From: Octopus bimaculoides | Taxonomy: Eukaryota | Length of the DNA: 64,000 nucleotides | Reading direction: 5' to 3' | Assembly: GCF_001194135.2 (NCBI RefSeq) | Contig: NC_069010.1 | Span: forward strand, 9,875,387-9,939,386 | Shown: positions 50,890-64,000 of the stretch, piece by piece | How the letters are laid out: each line of letters begins with the position of its first letter | How positions within the stretch are numbered: position 1 is the first letter of the stretch | Made by a program: the position numbers and the translations under genes | The notes under the pieces: generated by a model | Told to the model about the DNA's origin: nothing | What the model saw: the letters and a program-made list of their open reading frames with translations, nothing else | Databases searched by the model: none

Positions 50890-52400
50890 GATGGTTGGTA
50901 TTATTATTTTTGCTCATGAGGGAATATCCCACTTTCTATTAAAAAAAAACTACAGGTATATTCAGTGAAGACAGATGGTAGTATTTTATACATTATCGTT
51001 AAGAAGGTCATGGGTCTATAATATTTTGGCTCATTTGTTTCTTCATTCTTTGGAAGCAGGAATGTTAAACCATTAACGACCCAAGAGGGAATCATACTGG
51101 GTTCTCGCAAAACATTGTTGTAAAGTTTTGTTAGCAGTTCATGACTCTCTGGGAAGGCATTCAACTAGAAGTCGGGAATTTTATCCTTTCCTGGAGACTT
51201 CCATTTGCTTGACTTCCTGAGAGCAGATCTTACATCCTCTACCTTGAAACCCTCCCACTTTTGCTCTTCTAAGGAGTCTAAGTCTGTAGATATTCTACCA
51301 ATCCAAGGGGTTTATTTATTGTGTATTTTTTTCTTCTGCCGAGATTTTATTCCAAAATTCCTGCACTTTTTCTTTTGATGGGGCAGACTTTACTGTAACT
51401 GATATTTTCCCTATCTTCCTGTAAAAATTTTTGGGGTTGTTTTTGAACATGTCCTTGAAGAATCTAACGCACTTTTCATACCTTGCTATGCGGGCAGCTT
51501 TAGCATATACCTTTTGCTTGATGGTTTCTATGGTGGTATCGATGTCAAGTGTGGTTTCCATATTATATTTTTTCTTTAATTTCCGGATTTTTGTTGGTTT
51601 GATAGTCTTGTCAAACTTCAGGTTTTTCAAACATTCTATGTCAGACCTAAATAACTGAATTTGGTGTTGAATACTCTCATGCCAAGTAGGTTTTTTGTAG
51701 GAATGTTGTCGTTTTCTAATCTTTTCACCACACAGAATCGTTGAGATTTTCTCGTATGCATAGTACAGGTGGTTGAGATCTGTGATATCAACATCATTTG
51801 CTGAAATATATATCCTTAAGTGCAAGGTGGATTTTACCAATTACTTTCAGGTTTTGGTTAGAATCGCGAATATTTGGGAGAGTATCGCGTTCATTCATAC
51901 CGGTTTCTTTAATTTTCAACCATTCAATCATGATTTGATTTTTTTAGATCATCTAGTTCTGTTGGGTTAATTTCTGGGTGACTTCCTTCATCTATTTGAT
52001 TTTCATCTGCCTTTGTGTTTATGGTTGGTTCAGAGATTATTTCACTTTGATTATCAGTTACATTAACTCTTTCAATTATTAATTGCATTTTCATCAGCCC
52101 TGGGCTGGTCTATAATTATTTCCTCTGTAGTATCTTCTTTAGCTGAAACTTCGTTCCTTTTATTCCTTACTGATTGTTTAATTTTGTCAATCCCTAATTC
52201 AGTTAGTAATTTCTTTTTCATTATATTTCTTCTGACGTTGGCAAGTTTGTTACTGCCTCTGTAGGGTCTTACTTCAAGGTGTTTCTGTCTCCTGTTTAGG
52301 CAGGTTTGTTCAGTATTAGATTTATAAGATCTTCTTTATTATCTCCCCTTGACCACATTTCATTCATTTTCGTTTTTTATTTTTTGATAATGAGCGTGGA
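50890..52400 (-). mobile_element. R4/Dong-like non-LTR retrotransposon, 5'/N-terminal and early RT fragment
   Basis: RRNIMKKKLLTEL, KQKVYAKAARIARYEK, FKNNPKNFYRKI, WKSPGKDKI, GLTFLLPK...YRPMTFLTIMYKIL and EQK. Confidence 0.85.
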
Positions 52401-52949
52401 TAACTATCTGTTGAAATATTCCGACTGTGGGGTACTTCCAACTCCTGTATTTCGGTAAGATTTGATTTGTCGAATCCAGTCACGTTCCCCGTTTTTGCTT
52501 CGTTTGTGACACGTGCTTTCATATGCATGTATGTTTAAAGTTCACGTAGTTGTGTGAACATTGGCATGTATATGTAATCCTATAGGTGTTAAAATGTATT
52601 TATGATTGCATAGACATTCGAGTGTATGCGTAATCAACCAATTTATGCCCTTACTGTTTTGTTCCAATTTGATTTTTAAACTTTGCCATGTTGATTTCAC
52701 ATGCGTCTTTCGCACAAGTTTCAATGAGACATCGTGCATGGCAGAAACTCTGCTTTGCATGGCAGTAAATTTTCGTTTTTCTGATTATTTCTGTTAAAAG
52801 GCCGCTTCTTTCAAGCCTTCCACATGTTCTTTTATCCCATGGAGAGTCCGGTGTATCACATCCATGTTGTTATTCAGCGTGTAGCTCTTATTATCAATAT
52901 AAACCGGCGAGCTGGAGGACTCGTTCGTACGCTGGACGAAATGCTTAGC

Positions 52950-53728
52950 AGTAAATGAAGAAATTCTAAGTGGATCGCCCACTGAAACTAAGACATATCT
53001 AAGCACTGACTCAGTAACTTCTGGTGATGAAGAAGAAGCTCAGAATTATCCCATGGAGTTTATACAACTCTCTTACAACCTCTGGAATGCCTCCCCATCG
53101 CTTTAACTTAAAAGTTGGAACAGTTATTATGCTTCTTGGAAACCTTTCTATAACACAAGGTCTATGTAACGGAACTCGCTTGGAAGTACTTCAGCTCCAT
53201 GAGCAGAGCATCGAAGCGCCAATTATAAGTGGAGCTCGTTCTCACACGACAGAACTGGTTCCAAGAACCAAACTTACTCCAAGCGATGCAAACATTCCAT
53301 TCGTTCTGCATCGGACCCAGTTCTTGGTTTGTCTGTCCTTATTCTATGACAATCAATAAAGCACGTGGCGCAAACATTCGATAGGGTTGGCATACACTTT
53401 TACCACAACCATGCTTCACTCGTGGCCAGCTTTACGTAGCTTCTTCAACAGCATGGACGATGAAAAGTTTGAGGGTGAAAGTGATCCCTTAAAACGAATC
53501 CACTCATGGTCGCAGAAGGGGAATCACCTACATTAGAAACACTATATATAGGGAAGTGCAGTAACGGATGTATTTCATACATACTTGCACACAATAACTT
53601 TATATATACTTATATTATTAAGAAATATAAAGGATAAAGGATGTTAGACGTTTTCATTGACAGTGCAAATTAAACAATTTTGATTAAATGATAACTATTA
53701 TCCGTGAATTTTTTACAGGTCCAGCTAG
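52950..53728 (+). mobile_element. Helitron 3' fragment: degenerate PIF1-like helicase plus 3' terminus
   Basis: SGMPPHRFNLKVGTVIMLLGNLSITQGLCNGTRL...TQF, then TINK/HGQLYVA-like segments. An imperfect hairpin (ccgtgaa...tacagg) is followed by CTAG|T at 53725-53729. Confidence 0.88.
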
Positions 53729-53970
53729 TTATTATTGCTGTATAATAATAATAATAATAATTATTATTATTATAAAGGCGGCGGCTGGCAGAACGAACTG
53801 CTTAGCGGTATTTCGCTTGTCGCTACGTTCTGAGTTCAAATTCTGCCGAGGTTGACTTTGCCTTTCACCATTTGCGTACTGGGGGCGATCAAATCGACTG
53901 GGCTCCTCCCCGCAAAATTTCAGGCCTTGTGCCTATAGTAGAAAGGTTTCTTCTTCTTCTTATTATTATT

Positions 53971-54005
<35 letters not shown>

Positions 54006-54104
54006 TAGATAGGCATACACATCTTTAACTTATTTTCTTTATTTTCGTTTGTGTCATCCTCACCCTCCGCCACCTCCTCCTCTTCATAATTCTTCTCTTC
54101 TTTG

Positions 54105-54148
<44 letters not shown>

Positions 54149-55183
54149 TTGTCATTATGATAAAAAAAAACATGAAATTATAGTTTAANNNNNNNNNNNN
54201 NNNNNNNNNNNNNNNNNNNNNNNNNNNNNNNNNNNNNNNNNNNNNNNNNNNNNNNNNNNNNNNNNNNNNNNNNNNNNNNNNNNNNNNNNNNNNNNNNNNN
54301 NNNNNNNNNNNNNNNNNNNNNNNNNNNNNNNNNNNNNNNNNNNNNNNNNNNNNNNNNNNNNNNNNNNNNNNNNNNNNNNNNNNNNNNNNNNNNNNNNNNN
54401 NNNNNNNNNNNNNNNNNNNNNNNNNNNNNNNNNNNNNNNNNNNNNNNNNNNNNNNNNNNNNNNNNNNNNNNNNNNNNNNNNNNNNNNNNNNNNNNNNNNN
54501 NNNNNNNNNNNNNNNNNNNNNNNNNNNNNNNNNNNNNNNNNNNNNNNNNNNNNNNNNNNNNNNNNNNNNNNNNNNNNNNNNNNNNNNNNNNNNNNNNNNN
54601 NNNNNNNNNNNNNNNNNNNNNNNNNNNNNNNNNNNNNNNNNNNNNNNNNNNNNNNNNNNNNNNNNNNNNNNNNNNNNNNNNNNNNNNNNNNNNNNNNNNN
54701 NNNNNNNNNNNNNNNNNNNNNNNNNNNNNNNNNNNNNNNNNNNNNNNNNNNNNNNNNNNNNNNNNNNNNNNNNNNNNNNNNNNNNNNNNNNNNNNNNNNN
54801 NNNNNNNNNNNNNNNNNNNNNNNNNNNNNNNNNNNNNNNNNNNNNNNNNNNNNNNNNNNNNNNNNNNNNNNNNNNNNNNNNNNNNNNNNNNNNNNNNNNN
54901 NNNNNNNNNNNNNNNNNNNNNNNNNNNNNNNNNNNNNNNNNNNNNNNNNNNNNNNNNNNNNNNNNNNNNNNNNNNNNNNNNNNNNNNNNNNNNNNNNNNN
55001 NNNNNNNNNNNNNNNNNNNNNNNNNNNNNNNNNNNNNNNNNNNNNNNNNNNNNNNNNNNNNNNNNNNNNNNNNNNNNNNNNNNNNNNNNNNNNNNNNNNN
55101 NNNNNNNNNNNNNNNNNNNNNNNNNNNNNNNNNNNNNNNNNNNNNNNNNNNNNNNNNNNNNNNNNNNNNNNNNNNNNNNNNNN

Positions 55184-55240
<57 letters not shown>

Positions 55241-55343
55241 ACATGTATGTGTGTGTGTGTATAAATATATACTCATATACACACCTACCAAAACACACAT
55301 AGACATGTAATATACATAAACATATATACGACACATAGTATAT

Positions 55344-55377
<34 letters not shown>

Positions 55378-55396
55378 TATATAAAATCCATATGTT

Positions 55397-55433
<37 letters not shown>

Positions 55434-55489
55434 CAAACACATTCACACACACGTGGGATGGCTTGATCTTCAATATTTTTCATTATTAC

Positions 55490-55529
<40 letters not shown>

Positions 55530-55715
55530 GATAATAATAATAATAATCCTTTCTACTATAGGCACAAGGCCTGAAGTCTTGGGAGAGTGGACCAGTCGAT
55601 TGCATCGACCCCAGAATTTCACTGGTACTTAATTTATGAACACCAAAAGGATGAAAGGCAAAGTCGACTTCGGCGGAATTTGAACTCAGAACGTAACGGC
55701 AGACGAAATATTTTT

Positions 55716-56560
55716 TTCTCTCCAAATGATTTTGAAGACTGCGGAATAAATAATAATCAGATGGCGAATATGGTGGGTGGGGGGCATCGTTTCCCATTCA
55801 AACAGCTCCAGCCTTTGGAATGTCATCCTCGCTGTTTGTGGCCGAGTATTATGCTGATGGAAGAACACCTTTCATCTTGAAACCAAAGGTTGTTGTTTTC
55901 CTTCTAGCTCTGACTTAAGCTGCTCACAGTAGATCACCTTTGTTATCGTTTGGTTTAAGTTTAAAAGTTCAAAGATGACTAAACCTTTCATATCCCACCA
56001 AACAGATAACAACACCTTATATGGATTAAGACCATCTTTAGCCTGGGGTACCAGTGTTTCTCTTATAATTACCCACTGTCTTCAGCACTTGACATTATGA
56101 TAGAGAACCTATTTCTCGTCACCAGTCACTATTCGGTCCAAAAAAAGGTTCATTCGCGAGACGTGACAGCAAAGAAGAGCGCACATTCACTTCCTGTGCG
56201 CGATTAGACTCGGAAAGTTTGAGGGGAACCCATTGACCCAATTTGCTGATTTTTCCGATGATACACAGGTATCAACGAATGGTTGAATGACCAAATCCAA
56301 GCTTCTCTGCTAGTTCCTCAACAGTTACGATGGGATTTTGTTCGACCACGGTTTGCAGGACATCCTCGTCGAGCAACTCTATCCATCTCACTGATTCACA
56401 AATATTTGTAAGTCTTCCATTGGTCCTAATTTTATTGTCTCAATTTCTCCGTCTAACATTTCGCTGTGTTTCTTCTTACTAACCGTACAATTTCATTTCA
56501 TCAACAAACAAAAAAGATGGTTGATTGTCTTCCCAATGCATTCTTTTACTTGAATCCATT
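55716..56560 (-). mobile_element. Mariner transposase pseudogene, interrupted by a SINE at its 3' side
   Basis: TVEELAEKLG, LGQWVP, FLDRIVTGDEK, VLLSVWWD, FFHQHNTRPQTA and HPPYSP-like/DYYLFRSLQNHL. Confidence 0.9.
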
Positions 56561-57966
56561 TTGCTTTGATATAGAACGAGTCGTTCGTTTTTAAGATAGT
56601 TTTGTGTGACTCGCGAAGTTATTTATTCGTTATTTGTAGCATTTCAAGAGAAAGCACAGAAACCTGGCCTTGGTAGTGTTGCTCTTGTTCTTGTTGTGGC
56701 TGTTTTAGTCCCAGGTCAGGTTTAATGGACAGCATCGATGATGACACGCGCATTTGGAAGTACGTAGGGTTCTGATCCAAAACAAGGGTTCGTACAAATG
56801 ATATTTCAGTTCCCGGTGCTCCCACGTCTCTGGCCGACATTAACGACGNNNNNNNNNNNNNNNNNNNNNNNNNNNNNNNNNNNNNNNNNNNNNNNNNNNN
56901 NNNNNNNNNNNNNNNNNNNNNNNNNNNNNNNNNNNNNNNNNNNNNNNNNNNNNNNNNNNNNNNNNNNNNNNNNNNNNNNNNNNNNNNNNNNNNNNNNNNN
57001 NNNNNNNNNNNNNNNNNNNNNNNNNNNNNNNNNNNNNNNNNNNNNNNNNNNNNNNNNNNNNNNNNNNNNNNNNNNNNNNNNNNNNNNNNNNNNNNNNNNN
57101 NNNNNNNNNNNNNNNNNNNNNNNNNNNNNNNNNNNNNNNNNNNNNNNNNNNNNNNNNNNNNNNNNNNNNNNNNNNNNNNNNNNNNNNNNNNNNNNNNNNN
57201 NNNNNNNNNNNNNNNNNNNNNNNNNNNNNNNNNNNNNNNNNNNNNNNNNNNNNNNNNNNNNNNNNNNNNNNNNNNNNNNNNNNNNNNNNNNNNNNNNNNN
57301 NNNNNNNNNNNNNNNNNNNNNNNNNNNNNNNNNNNNNNNNNNNNNNNNNNNNNNNNNNNNNNNNNNNNNNNNNNNNNNNNNNNNNNNNNNNNNNNNNNNN
57401 NNNNNNNNNNNNNNNNNNNNNNNNNNNNNNNNNNNNNNNNNNNNNNNNNNNNNNNNNNNNNNNNNNNNNNNNNNNNNNNNNNNNNNNNNNNNNTATGTAT
57501 GTATGTATTTATGCATGTATATATATATATATATATGTATGCATGTATGTATGCATGTATATATGTATGTACGTATGCAGGTATATATGTATATATGTAT
57601 GTATGTATGCATGTATGTATGTATGTAAGTATGTATGTATATATGCATGTATTTGTATGTGTATATATGCACGTATATATATGTATGAAAAAAAGGGGTA
57701 GGAAGAAAGTGAGGTTTCCTAGTTTCATATCCAATACGTCTGCTCCAGTTGCGTTTGAATCAGATGAGAGCGTGGAGTGGCCGCCATTAGCTGACCCACT
57801 TCCGGTTGAAGGAAGTAAAGGTGAGCAGGGTGTTGATGGGCGCGGTGGGGGCACGGCTCCTGCGTTGTGTATGGCGGTGGATAGGTTGATCACGTGTTAC
57901 CGGAAATGATCGATTAGATTTATGTCGGCAAATGTGGAAAAGCTGATTTAGACTTCGACTGCAATC

Positions 57967-58015
<49 letters not shown>

Positions 58016-58899
58016 AAGTGTATGTGTATATACATATGGACATATGCGTATATATGGAGATATATGAATGCATGTATGTACATATATATATATATATCTT
58101 AATAATGCATGAGAAATAAAAAAGTGATTTTGCGTATATTTANNNNNNNNNNNNNNNNNNNNNNNNNNNNNNNNNNNNNNNNNNNNNNNNNNNNNNNNNN
58201 NNNNNNNNNNNNNNNNNNNNNNNNNNNNNNNNNNNNNNNNNNNNNNNNNNNNNNNNNNNNNNNNNNNNNNNNNNNNNNNNNNNNNNNNNNNNNNNNNNNN
58301 NNNNNNNNNNNNNNNNNNNNNNNNNNNNNNNNNNNNNNNNNNNNNNNNNNNNNNNNNNNNNNNNNNNNNNNNNNNNNNNNNNNNNNNNNNNNNNNNNNNN
58401 NNNNNNNNNNNNATATATATATATATATATATAGACACAACCACACACACACATACGTATATATATATATATAGGCACTGGCGTGGCTGTGTAGTAAGTA
58501 GCTTGCTTCCAAACCACATGGTTCTGGGTTCAGTCCCACTCGTCGTATATATGTGTCTTTGTGTGTGCGCGTGTTTGTCCCCCATCATCGCTTGACAACC
58601 GGTGTTAGTGTATTTACGTCCCCGTAAACTAGCGGTTCGGCATAAGAGATCGATAGAGTAAGTACCAGGGACGATTCATCCGACTAAATATTCTTCAAGG
58701 CAGTACCCCAGCATGGCCGCAGTCTCATGACTAAAACAAGTGAAGGATGAAACGTAAAAGAGATATCAAAAAAGGGTTGAAGTTCGATCCCGAGTCACAG
58801 GGATCCTAAACCCGATTTCCCTGCATCCCGAGGCTTTCAATTCTGATGTTCAAAATACGAAGGACCCTGATTGCCATTGGAGTCACCTGAACCATTTTC

Positions 58900-59918
58900 A
58901 TGTCCCCACAAATGTTTTATCCCTCATGCCTATCAGCTCATATCGATCAGTCTTCCCCAATTCTTTGTCACCTGAGTGTCAGCTGGACAATCCACACCCA
59001 AAACCAAACACTGTTCACTCTGTTAATCGCCACAATATCTGCTTTACCATTTTTCGGTTTCATGGTCGCATTGTACCACGCAGTCCCATAAAATCTTGGT
59101 ATGGTCACTTTTTCTACACTGCCTTCTGGTTTTTTCTTCTTCTCATATCATTGGTTTGCTCTTCCAAGGCCGTATTTCCCGCATAATCTCTAACGAATGA
59201 TTTTCGCTACCTTATCATGGCATCACTTCTATTCTTTCTGTGTCAGCTCCGTGCATTGGTTGGTGATTCTCCAAACAGTTTCTCCCTTTCCTTCACACAC
59301 TCTTTTCTGTTGCACCTGAGCTGTCAATCTTGTGCTTAACATAATTTATTCCCAGGGCTTGCTTTTCCACATCGTTAGCCACCTCTTCTTCAAATCGGTT
59401 TCGGATTCTGTTTCCCTGTAAAATTACACCTACATCCTCTTCTCTTTCCATCTTCTTTTTGGTTTCAGCTTTCTTTTCCTTCTTCTACTCAGGCTTTTTC
59501 TTTCCAATCTCCAATTTTCATCCAATTTCACTTTCTCAATTCCACCAGCAATGGTTCCGTAGCATTCTTTATGTACCAAAACCACACTGTTCTCTTCTTG
59601 CTCTCGCACATCTTTCACAACTAATGAGTCACCCCCCCACATTTCTTTATCGACTTATCGATCTGTCAACACCACTTCTCGGACGAGAGCTTCCGTTCAT
59701 TGCGAGAAACTTCCTTGTTTTCCTATCCAGACATTGCAACTCGTAAGCGATCCACTTCATCACGCTAGCACCATGTTTAGCAGTGATTCTGTCCAAGTAC
59801 TAAACGCCTCAGATTTATTTCTGGAAGTCTAGGGTATTTGCTCGCGATATCGGCTATGGTTTCATCCAATCTATTGCAGATGCGGCACAGCGGAGACACT
59901 GGCTCATTCTTAAGGTTG
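58900..59918 (-). mobile_element. R4/Dong-like retrotransposon 3' fragment (CCHC knuckle and RLE), highly degenerate
   Basis: CRICNRLDETI, HDKVAKII and KILWDCVVQCDHE..ADIV. Confidence 0.7.
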
Positions 59919-61063
59919 NNNNNNNNNNNNNNNNNNNNNNNNNNNNNNNNNNNNNNNNNNNNNNNNNNNNNNNNNNNNNNNNNNNNNNNNNNNNNNNNNN
60001 NNNNNNNNNNNNNNNNNNNNNNNNNNNNNNNNNNNNNNNNNNNNNNNNNNNNNNNNNNNNNNNNNNNNNNNNNNNNNNNNNNNNNNNNNNNNNNNNNNNN
60101 NNNNNNNNNNNNNNNNNNNNNNNNNNNNNNNNNNNNNNNNNNNNNNNNNNNNNNNNNNNNNNNNNNNNNNNNNNNNNNNNNNNNNNNNNNNNNNNNNNNN
60201 NNNNNNNNNNNNNNNNNNNNNNNNNNNNNNNNNNNNNNNNNNNNNNNNNNNNNNNNNNNNNNNNNNNNNNNNNNNNNNNNNNNNNNNNNNNNNNNNNNNN
60301 NNNNNNNNNNNNNNNNNNNNNNNNNNNNNNNNNNNNNNNNNNNNNNNNNNNNNNNNNNNNNNNNNNNNNNNNNNNNNNNNNNNNNNNNNNNNNNNNNNNN
60401 NNNNNNNNNNNNNNNNNNNNNNNNNNNNNNNNNNNNNNNNNNNNNNNNNNNNNNNNNNNNNNNNNNNNNNNNNNNNNNNNNNNNNNNNNNNNNNNNNNNN
60501 NNNNNNNNNNNNNNNNNNNNNNNNNNNNNNNNNNNNNNNNNNNNNNNNNNNNNNNNNNNNNNNNNNNNNNNNNNNNNNNNNNNNNNNNNNNNNNNNNNNN
60601 NNNNNNNNNNNNNNNNNNNNNNNNNNNNNNNNNNNNNNNNNNNNNNNNNNNNNNNNNNNNNNNNNNNNNNNNNNNNNNNNNNATATATATGTATATATAT
60701 GTATGTATATATATATGTATATATATATATGTATATATATATGTATATATATATTTCGGTGAGCAATTAGTAAACGCGTTACGGTGCTCGCCACCCCTAC
60801 TGGGGTAGACATGACAGAGGCACGAGTTCGCCTCCTCCTCCAGTGCCGCACAATCACCCTTCAAACTATACATCCGGCCACAACACGCGCACCCCACGAC
60901 AGCCCGCGGTACCAGACTGCTCTCTATCCCTCCATCTACCCTGTTGCCACCCCGAATATCCAAACATCCGTCCATCCGGTCTGTTTTCTGTTATATAACA
61001 CTTGAGTGTTGCAGAATGAAATATAAAAATTACATACACACCTAAACAAGGGTCTGTATATAT

Positions 61064-61095
<32 letters not shown>

Positions 61096-61368
61096 GTATG
61101 CATATATATATGTATGCATATATGTGTATATGTATTTGATTGTGAGTGTGTGTGTGAGTTTATATATGTATTGATGGATGTAATGTGTATATATATATAT
61201 GCGGGTACGTGCGTAAACGTATGTGTGTGTGCACGCGCATGCATACGTTTGTGTACACGAGATATGTATTTATAAACATATGCACACACACACACACATA
61301 CTCATGCACGCATTTAAGTCTACATAGATATAGGCTTATATTCTGAGCAATAATGATGTATAAATGAC

Positions 61369-61402
<34 letters not shown>

Positions 61403-62000
61403 NNNNNNNNNNNNNNNNNNNNNNNNNNNNNNNNNNNNNNNNNNNNNNNNNNNNNNNNNNNNNNNNNNNNNNNNNNNNNNNNNNNNNNNNNNNNNNNNNN
61501 NNNNNNNNNNNNNNNNNNNNNNNNNNNNNNNNNNNNNNNNNNNNNNNNNNNNNNNNNNNNNNNNNNNNNNNNNNNNNNNNNNNNNNNNNNNNNNNNNNNN
61601 NNNNNNNNNNNNNNNNNNNNNNNNNNNNNNNNNNNNNNNNNNNNNNNNNNNNNNNNNNNNNNNNNNNNNNNNNNNNNNNNNNNNNNNNNNNNNNNNNNNN
61701 NNNNNNNNNNNNNNNNNNNNNNNNNNNNNNNNNNNNNNNNNNNNNNNNNNNNNNNNNNNNNNNNNNNNNNNNNNNNNNNNNNNNNNNNNNNNNNNNNNNN
61801 NNNNNNNNNNNNNNNNNNNNNNNNNNNNNNNNNNNNNNNNNNNNNNNNNNNNNNNNNNNNNNNNNNNNNNNNNNNNNNNNNNNNNNNNNNNNNNNNNNNN
61901 NNNNNNNNNNNNNNNNNNNNNNNNNNNNNNNNNNNNNNNNNNNNNNNNNNNNNNNNNNNNNNNNNNNNNNNNNNNNNNNNNNNNNNNNNNNNNNNNNNNN

Positions 62001-62048
<48 letters not shown>

Positions 62049-62444
62049 TCGTAGTTTTATACACATGCAAAGTACGTATGTGTATATATATGTATGTATG
62101 CATGTATGTAAGAATTAATGCATTTCCCTATCGCTATCTGTCTATCATCTGTCTGTCTGTCTGTCTATGTCTATATGGAAATACATATGTAAGTGTACCA
62201 TTATATATATATATATATATATATATATAGGATGCATCATTACTCATATAAATGCCCAGGTCTCGCACTGACTGTGTCTCTGATATTACAATCCCTCCAA
62301 GTCTAGTGTATTTAATTAGTATTGCATTTAGTTTTTCCTGCTAATAGCACAAGGCTTGAAACGTTTCAGCATTAAACTGCATGCTATTTTTCTCAGCCCA
62401 CCTGTATATTTTATCCAACTCACAATGCAGGTGCAAAGCGTCTT

Positions 62445-62750
62445 CAGGGTACTGTATCACCCGTGAGACTTGTGATCATGGCTCACTGTGTGGAAGAGGG
62501 CATATCTGAGAGGGCCATTATCAACAGAAGTGGTCCCAAAACACCTCCCACTGTCGGAGGTGGCCGCATTGGCTACGACCACCACACGTCTATCCTTCAG
62601 AAAATCATGAAGCCATTCTCCCAATTTCCCGACTATGCCAAGATCACGCAGTTTGTGACATATCATTCCATGACCGACTTTATGAATTGCCTTTGCAAAG
62701 TCGAGATATTTCACTTCCACATTTGAGTGGTTGAGCAGCTGTTTCAACAC
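62445..62750 (-). mobile_element. CR1/L2-like LINE reverse-transcriptase fragment
   Basis: YLDFAKAIHKVGHG...GKLGEWLHDFLKDR and VLGPLLLI. Confidence 0.8.
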
Positions 62751-62840
62751 CCAGTCATAATCTTATAATATATATATGTGTGTGTGTCTATGTCTGTGTC
62801 TATCTACCTACCTATGTATCTACCTATCTATCTACCTACC

Positions 62841-62878
<38 letters not shown>

Positions 62879-62888
62879 NNNNNNNNNN

Positions 62889-62930
<42 letters not shown>

Positions 62931-62934
62931 CGTT

Positions 62935-63300
62935 CACTCGTGACCGCAGAAGACCGTTGCTGACCATCAGGAACATTGTGCGCTGTAGGACTGACATATA
63001 TTTTGCATTTGCGGCTCCGTCGGTGGCTGACGAGCCCTGCTCTTGACAAGCTTCCATTACTGCAAACATTCCAAACCAAGCTTTCCCCATTCACTACACC
63101 AGCCGTGCGCTTTCGAGCACCACGCCTAAGTTCTTCATGCTGAATACGTGCTCTCTCTCGAAAGTGTCGACCCCATTCCTTAACTTAAATAAGTCCTCTT
63201 AGGGGGTCCTTGGAGCTGACTTGGTGACTCAACAATTACAGTCTGAACTGAGAAATCTTCCCAGTATCCAAAATACTGTGAATGGATTCGTTACGGGTTC
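62935..63300 (-). mobile_element. Probable RTE-like LINE C-terminal fragment
   Basis: RNGVDTFE..RIQHEELRRGARK...NVC...LSRAGLVSHRRS resembles RTE C-termini with a decayed zinc finger. Confidence 0.55.
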
Positions 63301-63375
63301 AAATATTCCTCAAGCATATTTCAACTGGTAATAGGTTTGTACTTATGCACATCACTGCTTGGCGCTTCTATACGA

Positions 63376-63424
<49 letters not shown>

Positions 63425-63486
63425 GATAGATAGATATAGCATATACATATACCATGTAAATACACCGTATGTATTATTATTATATG

Positions 63487-63536
<50 letters not shown>

Positions 63537-63698
63537 CCATATATATGCACACACATGTATATATATGTACGTACATACTCACATATAAATAGATGGGCAT
63601 ATGGATATGCTTTTGTATCAAGTTAGATATACACAATAAAGAAAATAATGTCTATATATATATGCATGTATGTATATATACATATGGATATAGATATG

Positions 63699-63740
<42 letters not shown>

Positions 63741-64000
63741 TGAATGTTTACAGGCATAAGAAGACGTAGGAAAAGATCATACTTATTATATAAGTGTGTG
63801 TGTGTGTGTGTGTGTGTATCACTGACATGTGAGTGTGGGTGTATATAAGTCAGACACTGAACATTAAATAAACCAGTCCGACATCGCTTCCGCTCTAATC
63901 AAAGAATGAAAGCACTCACTGCTTCTTTGCTGTGTTTATATTCCTTCTGTGTGTATATCTGTGTGTATATATATATGTAAACGTATTATATATATATATA

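Larger units (their letters stand above)
23620..64000. repeat. Dense microsatellite field: (TA)n, (CA)n, (TACA)n, (TAGA)n, (GA)n, (TAC)n, (ATT)n, (CAT)n; many N gaps abut these repeats
   Basis: Directly visible, and the source of most IYIY/CVCV ORFs. Confidence 0.95.

Noticed and set aside
56619-57893. 424-aa minus-strand ORF and other long ORFs across N runs
   Set aside because: Their length comes from N gaps and microsatellites, and the flanking peptides are not recognisable.

Overview
AT-rich, microsatellite- and transposon-dense eukaryotic draft-assembly DNA with 16 N gaps. The repeat landscape suggests an Octopus genome (inference). The only gene I can identify is PCIF1/CAPAM (cap-specific m6Am methyltransferase) on the + strand. 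It has 13 coding exons from 6021 to 23561, all GT-AG and phase-consistent, encoding a WW domain, helical domain and MTase with an intact NPPF motif. It gives 959 aa once a 43-bp duplication flanking a 10-N gap in exon 1 is collapsed. It shows a ~316-aa low-complexity N-terminal extension upstream of a Met that matches the vertebrate start, and a Trp->Cys change in the PEW motif. The rest is mostly decayed TEs (RTE, R4/Dong-like, CR1-like, mariner, pogo, Helitron, several tRNA-derived SINE families) plus tentative orphan exons and promoter-like islands. The most striking non-coding signal is three type I hammerhead-ribozyme folds in two unrelated inverted-repeat elements downstream of PCIF1. 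One is a ~750-bp near-perfect palindrome with one outward-facing hammerhead per arm (28801-29548). The other is a 322-bp TIR-bounded element with a different hammerhead (25404-25725). All comparisons with known proteins and RNAs are from memory; no database searches were run.
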